From the NCBI RefSeq assembly GCF_900105015.1, contig NZ_FNLK01000015.1, positions 30,001-62,000 on the forward strand: DNA of 32,000 nt, in the 5' to 3' direction. Under the pieces are notes generated by a model. The model was not told the origin of the DNA. It did no database searches and worked only from the letters and a program-made list of their open reading frames with translations. The translations under genes and the position numbers were made by a program. This stretch comes from Schaalia meyeri. GTDB lineage: Bacteria; Actinomycetota; Actinomycetes; Actinomycetales; Actinomycetaceae. Below, in pieces: positions 1-7,305 of the stretch (within the stretch, counting starts at the first letter, position 1; each line of letters starts with the position of its first letter).

Positions 1-144
1 TGGGCCAGCAGGTCAGCATCGGTTCCGGCGACTGAGCGGGAGGGGGCTTCGTATCGGGGAGTCATGCCTTAAGAATACAGGCGAAACCACCGGCGGCGGA
101 GAACCGCCTGCTGGCCGGGCGCCCAGGGAATGCTCGCGCGAGAA

Positions 145-549
145 CTACGCCTCCAGGCTCATGAGAAATAAGGCGATGCCGACGATAACGATGATGACCT
201 GGAGGACAACCATGATGATCGAGACCAGTCGCGCCGCCCTCACTGCGGACCGTACATCGGCGGGCGTCTCCTCCGCCCGCGCCTTCCGGGCCAGAATGAT
301 CGCCCATATCATGACCGGTATCGACACCGCGAGATGCAGGGTAAACCAGCTGAGAATGGACAGGATGGTAATAACTGTTGAATACGTTCGAAGACTGTCA
401 AACCTGCTGGGGCTCACCGGTGCGCAACCGGGCTGAGTACCGTAAGGGGTCTGTTGGCCGGGGGAAGCCTGTCCGTAGCCGGGTTGAGCAGCGTAGGGAG
501 GCTGGGCGCCAGAGGGGGTGGAAGCGTACGGGTTCGCGGGATCGCTCAC
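145..549 (-). CDS. small membrane protein, Pro/Gln/Tyr-rich N-terminus plus two TM helices (paralog 1 of 3)
   Basis: Track ORF 145..642 trimmed to the GTG at 547-549, giving the N-terminus VSDPANPY shared with the two neighbouring paralogs. The start is preceded by GGAGCATCCC (SD-like). Two long hydrophobic segments (ITILSILSWFTLHLAVSIPVMIWAII and LVSIIMVVLQVIIVIVGIALFLM) flank a charged loop containing ETPADV. Confidence 0.7.
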   Translation of the reverse strand: MSDPANPYASTPSGAQPPYAAQPGYGQASPGQQTPYGTQPGCAPVSPSRFDSLRTYSTVITILSILSWFTLHLAVSIPVMIWAIILARKARAEETPADVRSAVRAARLVSIIMVVLQVIIVIVGIALFLMSLEA

Positions 550-610
550 GGGATGCTCCACATCAAATCGCTGACAGTACCCGCCCATCGTAGCGCACGC
601 CATCCGGCGC

Positions 611-645
611 AAAACAGCGGTGCCCGAAAAAACACCGGGCACCGC
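611..645 (-). terminator. rho-independent terminator downstream of paralog 2
   Basis: 10-bp perfect stem GCGGTGCCCG (617-626) / CGGGCACCGC (636-645) with a 9-nt loop. On the minus strand it is followed by TGTTTT (611-616). It lies 18 nt after the stop at 663. Confidence 0.6.
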
Positions 646-662
646 TGTCGAGCGAGGCTTGT

Positions 663-1082
663 TCAGATATTTGGATCCGCGAGGATCGCCATGATCACGA
701 TCAAGACCATGAACAGGATTACCGCGACGACAACTGCAATGTGGACAAAGGTGACGATCTTGGCGGTCGAACGCGCGCCCTGCACCTCCGTCGTAACGTC
801 CGCCGGGGCGCCGAGGGACTGAGCCTCAGACACCATCTTGTTCGCCCAAACCCACATGCAAGCCGACAGGATTACCCCGCCGAACAGGAAGCTCAGGAAC
901 GACAGCATGCGCACCATCGACGCATTCGAACGGATCTTCTCGACCGCGGGATTAAGCGCATACACCGGCTGCCCATAGACGGGCTGGCCGTAGGCGCCCT
1001 GCTGGCCTTGGGGCTGTTGCTGGCCGTAGGGGGGCTGCCCTGTCGAGGGGGCAGCGGAGTACGGGTTTGCGGGATCACTCAT
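663..1082 (-). CDS. small membrane protein, Pro/Gln/Tyr-rich N-terminus plus two TM helices (paralog 2 of 3)
   Basis: Track ORF 663..1199 trimmed to the ATG at 1080-1082 (MSDPANPY...), preceded by GGAGCAACCC. The N-terminal PYGQ-type low-complexity region is followed by NPAVEKIRSNAS, TM1, the loop motif SLGAPADV and TM2. About half the C-terminal residues are identical to paralog 3 by eye. Confidence 0.8.
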   Translation of the reverse strand: MSDPANPYSAAPSTGQPPYGQQQPQGQQGAYGQPVYGQPVYALNPAVEKIRSNASMVRMLSFLSFLFGGVILSACMWVWANKMVSEAQSLGAPADVTTEVQGARSTAKIVTFVHIAVVVAVILFMVLIVIMAILADPNI

Positions 1083-1260
1083 GGGTTGCTCCAACTGGAC
1101 TCGTTGATCAGATACGCGGTTTATCGTAGCCCATGTGCTACCCCTGCGGAAACGGGCCCCGGACCCCGACAGCGACAAACGGCGCGTTATTCCTGGCACA
1201 CCACCGGCCGCTGGCCGTAGAGCGGCGCGGGCTGCGGGATGTCACTCAGGGGCACGCGTT

Positions 1261-1290
1261 GGGGTCCCTGCGCGTCATCGCAGGGACCCC
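1261..1290 (-). terminator. terminator-like hairpin downstream of paralog 3
   Basis: 10-bp perfect stem GGGGTCCCTG / CAGGGACCCC with a 10-nt loop, about 80 nt after the stop at 1372. There is no U-tract, so this is an intrinsic terminator or an RNA-stabilising hairpin. Confidence 0.4.
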
Positions 1291-1371
1291 AACGTCCCCC
1301 GGCGGGCGCAGGCCCGCCGGGATTCACCGCTTCGCTCACGGGACCATGATCCCGTCACGTGGCATCACCGA

Positions 1372-1863
1372 TCAGCTGTCGAGAAGGGCCCCGAGGAAGG
1401 CCAGCATGAAGATGAGGATAAAACCGGCCAGCTCGATAATGGCGCACACCATCGCCGTCGTGCGTGCTCCCCTGAGGTCGTTCATCACGTCCGCGGGGGC
1501 GCCGAGCGAGCGGGCCTCGTTCATCAGGCTATTGCCCCAGATCCAGGCCGGCACCGACAGAAACGGACCCAGGATAAGAAGGCTCACGAACCCCATGATG
1601 CGCACCGTCGACGCGTTCGAGCGGACACGCTCAACGGCGGGATTGATGGAATACATGGGCTGTCCGTACGCGGGCTGACCGTAGGACTGGCCGTACGGGG
1701 GCTGCGCGCCAGGCTGACTACCGTAAGATGCCTGCCCACCAGGCTGGCTGCCGTATGGGGGCTGTGCACCGGGCTGTCCGTACGGGGGCTGCGCGCCAGG
1801 CTGACTGCCGTACGGGGGCTGCGCGCCAGGCTGGTTGCCATAGGGATTCGTGGGGTCGCTCAT
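1372..1863 (-). CDS. small membrane protein, Pro/Gln/Tyr-rich repeat N-terminus plus two TM helices (paralog 3 of 3)
   Basis: 163-aa ORF starting MSDPTNPY. It carries repeated [10 protein letters not shown] units, then [14 protein letters not shown]1, SLGAPADV and TM2. Third codon positions are G/C-rich. Confidence 0.8.
   Translation of the reverse strand: MSDPTNPYGNQPGAQPPYGSQPGAQPPYGQPGAQPPYGSQPGGQASYGSQPGAQPPYGQSYGQPAYGQPMYSINPAVERVRSNASTVRIMGFVSLLILGPFLSVPAWIWGNSLMNEARSLGAPADVMNDLRGARTTAMVCAIIELAGFILIFMLAFLGALLDS
1691..1837 (-). repeat. in-frame tandem repeats of about 27-30 nt inside paralog 3
   Basis: Five consecutive units begin with CCGTA(C/A/T). Units 1691-1719, 1778-1807 and 1808-1837 are nearly identical (CCGTACGGGGGCTGCGCGCCAGGCTG...). 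They encode the [10 protein letters not shown] repeats. Confidence 0.85.
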
Positions 1864-1983
1864 CGCTTACTCCGGTCGGATAGGGGAAATATACCTCCCC
1901 CATCATACGAGGTAGATTCAGAAAAACCGAACGTAGAACCAGACGTTCGCCCACCCTCACCCATCCCGGCCCCGACCTGTTTT

Positions 1984-2023
1984 GCCAAAAGGCAGCGCGG
2001 GGGCCGAAAATCAGCCCCCGCGC
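1984..2023 (-). terminator. rho-independent terminator of nrdE
   Basis: Stem GCGCGGGGGC (1995-2004) / GCCCCCGCGC (2014-2023) with a 9-nt loop. On the minus strand it is followed by TGCCTTTTGG. It lies 20 nt after the nrdE stop. Confidence 0.7.
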
Positions 2024-2043
2024 CACCGCAAACTGAGTCAGTC

Positions 2044-4200
2044 TCACAGCATGCACGACACGCAGCCCTCAACCGCCGTGCCTTCCAGGGCCATCTGGCG
2101 CAAGCGCATGTAGTACAGGGTCTTAATGCCCTTCCTCCACGCGTAAATGTAGGACTTGTTCAGGTCGCGCGTCGTCACCGTGTCCGGGTAGAACAGCGTG
2201 AGCGACAGGCCCTGATCCACGTGCTGGGTGGCCACCGCGTACGTGTCAATGATCTTCTCCGGACCGATCTCGTACGCGTCCTGGTAGTACTCCAGGTTCT
2301 CGTTCGACATGTAGGGCGCCGGGTAATAGACGCGGCCGATCTTACCTTCCTTGCGGATCTCCACGCGGGAAACGATCGGGTGAATCGAGGATGTCGAATT
2401 ATTGATGTACGAAATGGAACCCGTCGGAGGAACCGCCTGCAGGTTCTGGTTGTACATGCCGTAACGCGCCACGTCCGCCGCCAGCGCCTCCCAATCCTGC
2501 CGGGTCGGCACCTGAATCGACGAGGCCGCAAGCAGCTCGCGGCACCTGTCCGTGGTCGGCTCCCACGCCTCGTCGATGTACTTGCGGAAGAACTCGCCGG
2601 ACGCGTACGTCGAGTCCTCGAAGCCCTCGAAACGCTCCTTGCGCTCGCGCGCGATCGTGCACGACGCCTTGATCGCCTCGAAAAGCACCGTCATGAAGTA
2701 CATGTTCGTGAAGTCGAGGGCCTCCTCGCTCCCGTAGTGCACGTGCTCGCGCGCCAGGTACCCGTGCAGGTTCATCTGCCCCAGGCCGATGGCGTGGCTC
2801 ATCGCGTTGCCGCGGGCGATCGACGGCACCGCGCCGATGTCCGACAGGTCCGACACGGCCGTCAACCCTCGGACAGCCGTCTCGATCGTCTTGGAGAAGT
2901 CCGGGGAATCCATGGTCTTGGCGATGTTGAGCGAGCCCAGGTTGCAGGAAATGTCCTTGCCCACGTGCGAATACGACAGGTCATCGTTATATGTCGAGGC
3001 CTCCGAGACCTGCAGGATCTCCGAGCACAGGTTCGACATCGTGATGCGGCCCTTGATCGGGTTCGCCGCGTTCACCGTGTCCTCGAAGACGATGTACGGG
3101 TAGCCGGACTCGAACTGAATCTCCGCGATCGTCTGGAAGAATCGACGCGCGTTGATCTTCTTTTTGTGAATGCGACCGTCGTCCACCATCTCGTGGTATT
3201 TCTCCGTCACCGAGATTTCAGAGAACGGCACCCCGTACACGCGCTCCACGTCGTAGGGGCTGAAGAGGTACATGTCCTCGTTCTTACGGGCCAGCTCGAA
3301 TGTAATATCCGGGATGACCACGCCCAGGGAGAGGGTCTTGATGCGGATCTTCTCGTCCGCGTTCTCACGCTTCGTGTCCAGGAACGCCATGATGTCCGGG
3401 TGGTGGGCATGCAGGTACACGGCGCCGGCGCCCTGGCGGGCCCCCAGCTGGTTGGCGTAAGAGAAGGAGTCCTCCAGCAGCTTCATGACCGGGACGACGC
3501 CGCTGGACTGGTTCTGGATCCTCTTAATGGGGGCGCCCGACTCGCGCAGGTTCGTCAGCTGCAGGGCGACGCCGCCGCCACGCTTGGACAGCTGCAGCGC
3601 CGAGTTGATGCCGCGCGCGATCGACTCCATGTTGTCCTCGATGCGCAGCAGGAAGCAGCTGACCAGTTCGCCGCGCGCCGCCTTGCCCGCGTTCAGGAAA
3701 GTCGGGGTCGCGGGCTGGAAGCGGCCGGCCATGATCTCATCCACGAACTGGCGAGCCAGCTCAATGTCACCGCGCGCCAGGTACATGGACACCATCGTCA
3801 CGCGGTCCTCGAAGCGCTCCAGGTAGCGTTTGCCGTCGAAGGTCTTGAGCGTGTAGGAGGTGTAGTACTTGAACGCGCCCAGGAACGTGGGGAAACGGAA
3901 CTTGTGGGCGTAGGCCCGCTTGTACAGCTCCTTGATGTCGGCGAATTCGTACTGGTCCAGGACGTGGCGTTCGTAGTAGCCCTCGTCCACCAGGTACTTC
4001 AGCTTCTCCTCCAGGTCGTGGAAGAACACCGTGTTCTGGTTGACGTGCTGCAGGAAATACTGGCGGGCAGCCGCACGATCCGCGTCGAATTGGATGCGCC
4101 CGTCCGCGTCGTACAGGTTAAGCTGCGCGTTCAGCGCGTGGTAGTCCAGCTCCGGTGAGGGAGCCTCTTCTACGCCCGTGTCGGTGTAGTTTTCTGCCAA
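2044..4200 (-). CDS. nrdE: class Ib ribonucleoside-diphosphate reductase alpha subunit
   Basis: 718 aa with an NrdE-type N-terminus ([14 protein letters not shown]), the active-site region NLCSEI and the C-terminal redox cysteine pair CVSC. It sits downstream of nrdH and nrdI. The start is TTG at 4198-4200, preceded by GAAGGA, and overlaps the nrdI 3' end by 31 nt. Confidence 0.97.
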   Translation of the reverse strand: MAENYTDTGVEEAPSPELDYHALNAQLNLYDADGRIQFDADRAAARQYFLQHVNQNTVFFHDLEEKLKYLVDEGYYERHVLDQYEFADIKELYKRAYAHKFRFPTFLGAFKYYTSYTLKTFDGKRYLERFEDRVTMVSMYLARGDIELARQFVDEIMAGRFQPATPTFLNAGKAARGELVSCFLLRIEDNMESIARGINSALQLSKRGGGVALQLTNLRESGAPIKRIQNQSSGVVPVMKLLEDSFSYANQLGARQGAGAVYLHAHHPDIMAFLDTKRENADEKIRIKTLSLGVVIPDITFELARKNEDMYLFSPYDVERVYGVPFSEISVTEKYHEMVDDGRIHKKKINARRFFQTIAEIQFESGYPYIVFEDTVNAANPIKGRITMSNLCSEILQVSEASTYNDDLSYSHVGKDISCNLGSLNIAKTMDSPDFSKTIETAVRGLTAVSDLSDIGAVPSIARGNAMSHAIGLGQMNLHGYLAREHVHYGSEEALDFTNMYFMTVLFEAIKASCTIARERKERFEGFEDSTYASGEFFRKYIDEAWEPTTDRCRELLAASSIQVPTRQDWEALAADVARYGMYNQNLQAVPPTGSISYINNSTSSIHPIVSRVEIRKEGKIGRVYYPAPYMSNENLEYYQDAYEIGPEKIIDTYAVATQHVDQGLSLTLFYPDTVTTRDLNKSYIYAWRKGIKTLYYMRLRQMALEGTAVEGCVSCML

Positions 4201-4586
4201 AACTGTTCCAGTCCTTCGCGAACTCTGGAGACATCCTCGGACGTGCCGAGGAGCTCGAACTTATACATGTGGGGAACCCCCAGCTTGGCCGCGATGATGT
4301 CGCCCGCGATGCAGTAGGCCTTGCCGAAGTTGGTATTTCCCGACGAGATGACGCCCCTGCACAGGGCCCGGTTGTCGGGGTCGTTCAGGAACTTGATGAC
4401 CTGTTTCGGCACCGCTCCCCTGATATTCCCGCCGCCGTACGTGGGCACGATCAGCACGTATTCCTCGCTGACGCGCAACGGATCCTCCCTGGGCAGCAGC
4501 GGGATGCGCGCGGCCGGGATGCCGAGTTTCTCGACGAAGCGACGGGTGTTGCCCGTCGCCGACGAAAAGTAGACGACGCTGCCCAT
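4170..4586 (-). CDS. nrdI: class Ib RNR flavodoxin-like assembly protein NrdI
   Basis: 138 aa with the N-terminus [17 protein letters not shown] typical of NrdI. ATG at 4584-4586 is preceded by GGAAGGA. It lies between nrdH and nrdE. Confidence 0.95.
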   Translation of the reverse strand: MGSVVYFSSATGNTRRFVEKLGIPAARIPLLPREDPLRVSEEYVLIVPTYGGGNIRGAVPKQVIKFLNDPDNRALCRGVISSGNTNFGKAYCIAGDIIAAKLGVPHMYKFELLGTSEDVSRVREGLEQFWQKTTPTRA

Positions 4587-4774
4587 GATGGTCCTTCCAG
4601 CTTGTCGGGTCGGTGGGCTTCCAGTGTCTCATTGACGAGGAGGGGGCGCGCGCGTCTGGGGCGCGTGTCCCGTGTGGGCTGATCGACGCAGCCGCGGGCG
4701 TACCGCCGAAAACGGGTTCTCGCGGCCCTCGCAGAATCCGCGCGACAGCCTGGCCGAAAACGGCGCGGATACAC

Positions 4775-4804
4775 GAAAGTCCCGGCCTGACAGCCGGGAC
4801 TTTC
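4775..4804 (-). promoter_or_regulatory. strong intercistronic hairpin between nrdH and nrdI
   Basis: 12-bp perfect stem GAAAGTCCCGGC / GCCGGGACTTTC with a 6-nt loop, starting 8 nt after the nrdH stop. No U-tract follows. Confidence 0.5.
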
Positions 4805-4812
4805 GGCGCGGC

Positions 4813-5064
4813 TCAGGCCTGCAGGGCCAGGGGGGCTGCGGCCACGGCGACGGCCTTGATGCGGTCGGGGCGGAAGCCGGACCAGTGATCTTCGCCCGCC
4901 ACGACGACGGGGGCCTGCTGGTAGCCGAGGCCCTTAATGAAGGCCAGGGAGTCAGCGTCCTGGGTGACGTCGATCTTTTCGTAAGAGACGCCCTGCTTGT
5001 CGAGGGCGCGGTAGGTGGCGTCGCACTGGGGGCAGCGGGGCTTCGAGTAAACGGTGATCGACAT
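4813..5064 (-). CDS. nrdH: glutaredoxin-like protein NrdH
   Basis: Track ORF trimmed to the ATG at 5062-5064 (MSITVYSKPRCPQC...), preceded by AAGGAG. It has the CPQC redox motif and the WSGFRPD motif characteristic of NrdH. 83 aa. Confidence 0.93.
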   Translation of the reverse strand: MSITVYSKPRCPQCDATYRALDKQGVSYEKIDVTQDADSLAFIKGLGYQQAPVVVAGEDHWSGFRPDRIKAVAVAAAPLALQA

Positions 5065-5167
5065 GTTCGTGTCTCCTTGCGGCCTGAGGCCGTACGTTTG
5101 CTTCCCTTGAGGGCTTTCTTTTCTGCCCTCGCGGGCTTCCCTGCGGCTCGTCGCCGCGAACACCACA

Positions 5168-5183
5168 ACACTACACCTCGTGG
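5168..5183 (-). promoter_or_regulatory. NrdR-box-like operator (proximal)
   Basis: The minus strand reads CCACGAGGTGTAGTGT, 11/16 matches to the published NrdR palindrome acaCwAtATaTwGtgt. The centre is 32 bp from the second box, about three helical turns. Confidence 0.55.
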
Positions 5184-5195
5184 CCCGGTGCGCAA
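5168..5195 (-). promoter_or_regulatory. candidate nrdHIE promoter
   Basis: On the minus strand: TTGCGC (5195-5190), a 16-bp spacer, then TAGTGT (5173-5168). This lies about 100 nt upstream of the nrdH ATG, and the -10 sits inside an NrdR-like box. Confidence 0.45.
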
Positions 5196-5199
5196 GCGA

Positions 5200-5215
5200 C
5201 CCCTAGATGTTGTGT
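5200..5215 (-). promoter_or_regulatory. NrdR-box-like operator (distal member of the promoter pair)
   Basis: The minus strand reads ACACAACATCTAGGGG, 12/16 matches to the NrdR consensus. It lies immediately upstream of the putative -35. Confidence 0.55.
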
Positions 5216-5503
5216 CACACTCCCAACTGTGGAGGAGGGGTGAACATTTTGTGGACGGAGCGAGCGACCGGGATCAGCGACCTCGCCCAGGGGCTTGCCG
5301 CAGCCCCGGGGAGGGGAACGCGGATGCGCGCAAACACGGGAGTTGTCGCCAACCCGGCGGCACTCCACCGCTGCGCCACGCAGCCGACAGGCCCCAGCGA
5401 AGGCTGTGGACGGCGCCTTCACCACCCTGTGCATAACCACCCGACAATCGCCCAAAAGTTGTCGAGCGTCACACCTATCAATATGGCGCTCGGGCGTGTC
5501 GCA

Positions 5504-5519
5504 TCCCCACATATAGGGG
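5504..5519. promoter_or_regulatory. additional NrdR-like box, far upstream
   Basis: TCCCCACATATAGGGG, 10/16 to the consensus. It shares the (A/C)T(A/C)TAGGGG right half with box 5200-5215. Confidence 0.3.
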
Positions 5520-5536
5520 TCGTTGGCCGCCGAGCG

Positions 5537-5552
5537 CCACTACATCTAGGGC
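5537..5552. promoter_or_regulatory. additional NrdR-like box, far upstream
   Basis: CCACTACATCTAGGGC, 11/16 to the consensus. Its core CATCTAGGG is identical to box 5200-5215, and it lies 33 bp from box 5504-5519. Confidence 0.35.
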
Positions 5553-5736
5553 CTGGGGCTTCGCCGAGCCGAGTGAAACCGCCACCGCCCCCGCATGCGT
5601 GAATCCACCCGATTCGCCGCTTTACTTGCACGCAGGGGCGACGCGGGTTTCATGATGCCGCAGCGCGAGCACAGTTACCGGCCCACGCGCACCTGCAACA
5701 AACAAACAGATCGGCCCGAAAACCAACGGCCGGACC

Positions 5737-6669
5737 CTACATCCCCAGGAACGCCTTGATCGCTGGCATCTCGCGCACGGCTTGGACCAGGCCAGCCCGG
5801 TAGGTGGCTTCCAGACGTTCGCGCCGGGACTCGGTGTTGTTGATCCACAGGTTGTCGGGCGCAAACACGTAGGCCTGCCCGCGTTCCTCGAGCTTGAAAA
5901 GGAAGCGTCGCCCCGCGTTGTAGCGGTCGGGGCGGCGGGCGACGCCCTCGTAAACGGCGGGGTAGGACCGGTAGGTGGCGCGCAGGAGGGCCCCGACGCT
6001 GGCGGACATGGGGTTTTTCACGTAGTCGCGGGGGCGGGTGAGGACGACCAGGAGCTTGCGGTAGCCCTCGCGCAGGGGCTGGTCAAAGGGGAGGCCACCG
6101 TTGGGTCCCAGCGCGCCATCGACGTATGTGTCGCCGTCGATTTCTACGGGGGGCATGAGGACGGGCAGGGTGGAGGAGGCGCGCACGATGGGGCCCAGCT
6201 GGTCCAGGCCGCGCATCTCCTGCTTGGTAAACCAGCGCACCTGACCGCGCGAGGCATTGAAGGCGGCAACGCAGGTGGCCGCGGGGTTCGCCAGGAAGGC
6301 ATCCATGTTGAAGGGGAAGGCGCCGTCGGGGTAGCAGATCCGCTGGTAGATGTATTCGGCGTTGAAGTAGCCGTGACCCTTGCGGAAGTGCCTGAGCCCG
6401 CCGAATTCGGGGTCGTCAACCAGGTCGACGAAGGTCGCGTGCGAGCGGGATGCGTCGCGGGAGGTGAAGTTGCACAGGTGGCTGGCTCCCGCGGAGACGC
6501 CGGAGACGTGGGGAAAGTTAATGCCTTCGGCGATGAGCCGGGCGACCAGCGCGGCGGTGTAGGCGTTGCGCATCCCCCCGCCTTCAAAGACGATGGCGGT
6601 GTCGTCGATGGTGACCATCGTGTCGATGGACCGCTGGGGGGTCGGGTAGTGCTCTGGGATTTCCTTCAC
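5737..6669 (-). CDS. patatin-like phospholipase family protein
   Basis: Oxyanion motif FEGGGMRNAY and nucleophile elbow GVSAG, with a later DGA (YVDGAL) consistent with the Ser-Asp dyad. The start is uncertain: GTG at 6669, or ATG at 6618 (MVTIDD...). Confidence 0.9.
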   Translation of the reverse strand: MKEIPEHYPTPQRSIDTMVTIDDTAIVFEGGGMRNAYTAALVARLIAEGINFPHVSGVSAGASHLCNFTSRDASRSHATFVDLVDDPEFGGLRHFRKGHGYFNAEYIYQRICYPDGAFPFNMDAFLANPAATCVAAFNASRGQVRWFTKQEMRGLDQLGPIVRASSTLPVLMPPVEIDGDTYVDGALGPNGGLPFDQPLREGYRKLLVVLTRPRDYVKNPMSASVGALLRATYRSYPAVYEGVARRPDRYNAGRRFLFKLEERGQAYVFAPDNLWINNTESRRERLEATYRAGLVQAVREMPAIKAFLGM

Positions 6670-6697
6670 GCTTCGACCCTACCGCCCGGCAACTGAC

Positions 6698-7141
6698 CTA
6701 CGCTCGCGTACGCCCGGTAAAGACCACGTAGTGGTAGAAGAAGAAGCGGAAGGCGGTTCCCAGCGCGAATCCGACGACGTAGGCGGCAACGTTGTCGGCG
6801 AGCGCGGAGGTCAGGCCCAGGATGTGGTGGGTAAAGAGGAGGCAGAACTGGGAGATGCCGATTCCGCAGGCGTTGGCGAAAAAGAACAGGACGGCTTCGC
6901 GAGTGGCGTTGTCGCGGGTGCGCCCGCGGTAGGTCCACAGCCGGTTGGCGATCCACGAGTACGCCGTGGCGGTCGCGGCGGCGACGAATTGAGCGGTGTT
7001 GGGGTGACCGGAAAGGACGGCGAGCGGGCCGTGTTGGAGGAGGTTGAACAGTCCGGCGTCAACGACGTACGCGGTGGCTCCGACCAGGCCGAATTGGATG
7101 AACTCGCGCACCCAGGCCAGGGCCCGTTCGGTGAGGTTCAT
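6698..7141 (-). CDS. GtrA family membrane protein
   Basis: Track ORF trimmed to the ATG at 7139-7141 (MNLTERALAWVREFIQFGLVGATAYVVDAGLFNLL...). It has four hydrophobic segments and the ANRLWTYR motif typical of GtrA-like proteins. The 147-aa size fits the family. Confidence 0.85.
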   Translation of the reverse strand: MNLTERALAWVREFIQFGLVGATAYVVDAGLFNLLQHGPLAVLSGHPNTAQFVAAATATAYSWIANRLWTYRGRTRDNATREAVLFFFANACGIGISQFCLLFTHHILGLTSALADNVAAYVVGFALGTAFRFFFYHYVVFTGRTRA

Positions 7142-7305
7142 TGACGAGGCCGGGGTGCCCCGGTCCCGGACGCTCCCCTGGTCGGGGATCGGGGCTGCGA
7201 TCGCGGTGGTTTCCCCGCGCGGCTGGTGCTGTGTTCCACTCACCCTTCCAGTGTCGCACGCTCGCGCCGCGCTTTCGCATTGTCGCCCGGCTCGGGCGCC
7301 CACCT

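Noticed and set aside
1-35. Possible 3' end of a plus-strand gene (..GQQVSIGSGD, stop at 33-35).
   Set aside because: Only 11 codons are visible, which is too little to support a call.
1135-4158. 1007-aa plus-strand ORF covering the nrdE region. Similar very long ORFs are 7240..9783(-), 13900..15402(-), 19756..21255(-), 21852..23036(-), 5782..6696(+), 12442..13431(+) and 24019..24621(-).
   Set aside because: All lie antisense to genes with unambiguous family motifs. Their products are Arg/Ala/Gly/Pro-rich low-complexity strings with no motifs. Long stop-free antisense frames are expected in high-GC DNA.
5065-5736. A cobalamin riboswitch upstream of nrdH, and protein-coding ORFs 5207..5602(+), 5171..5512(-) and 5419..5631(-).
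   Set aside because: The minus strand has no B12-box-like GCCACTG or GGGAA...GGTG...AATCC core. The ORFs have only moderate third-position GC, implausible compositions and no RBS. A non-coding function remains possible (see findings).
5737-6669. The patatin-like phospholipase as a CBASS-type defence effector.
   Set aside because: No cyclic-oligonucleotide synthase or other defence-associated gene is adjacent. It follows a GtrA-like gene by 28 nt and looks like an ordinary lipid or envelope enzyme.
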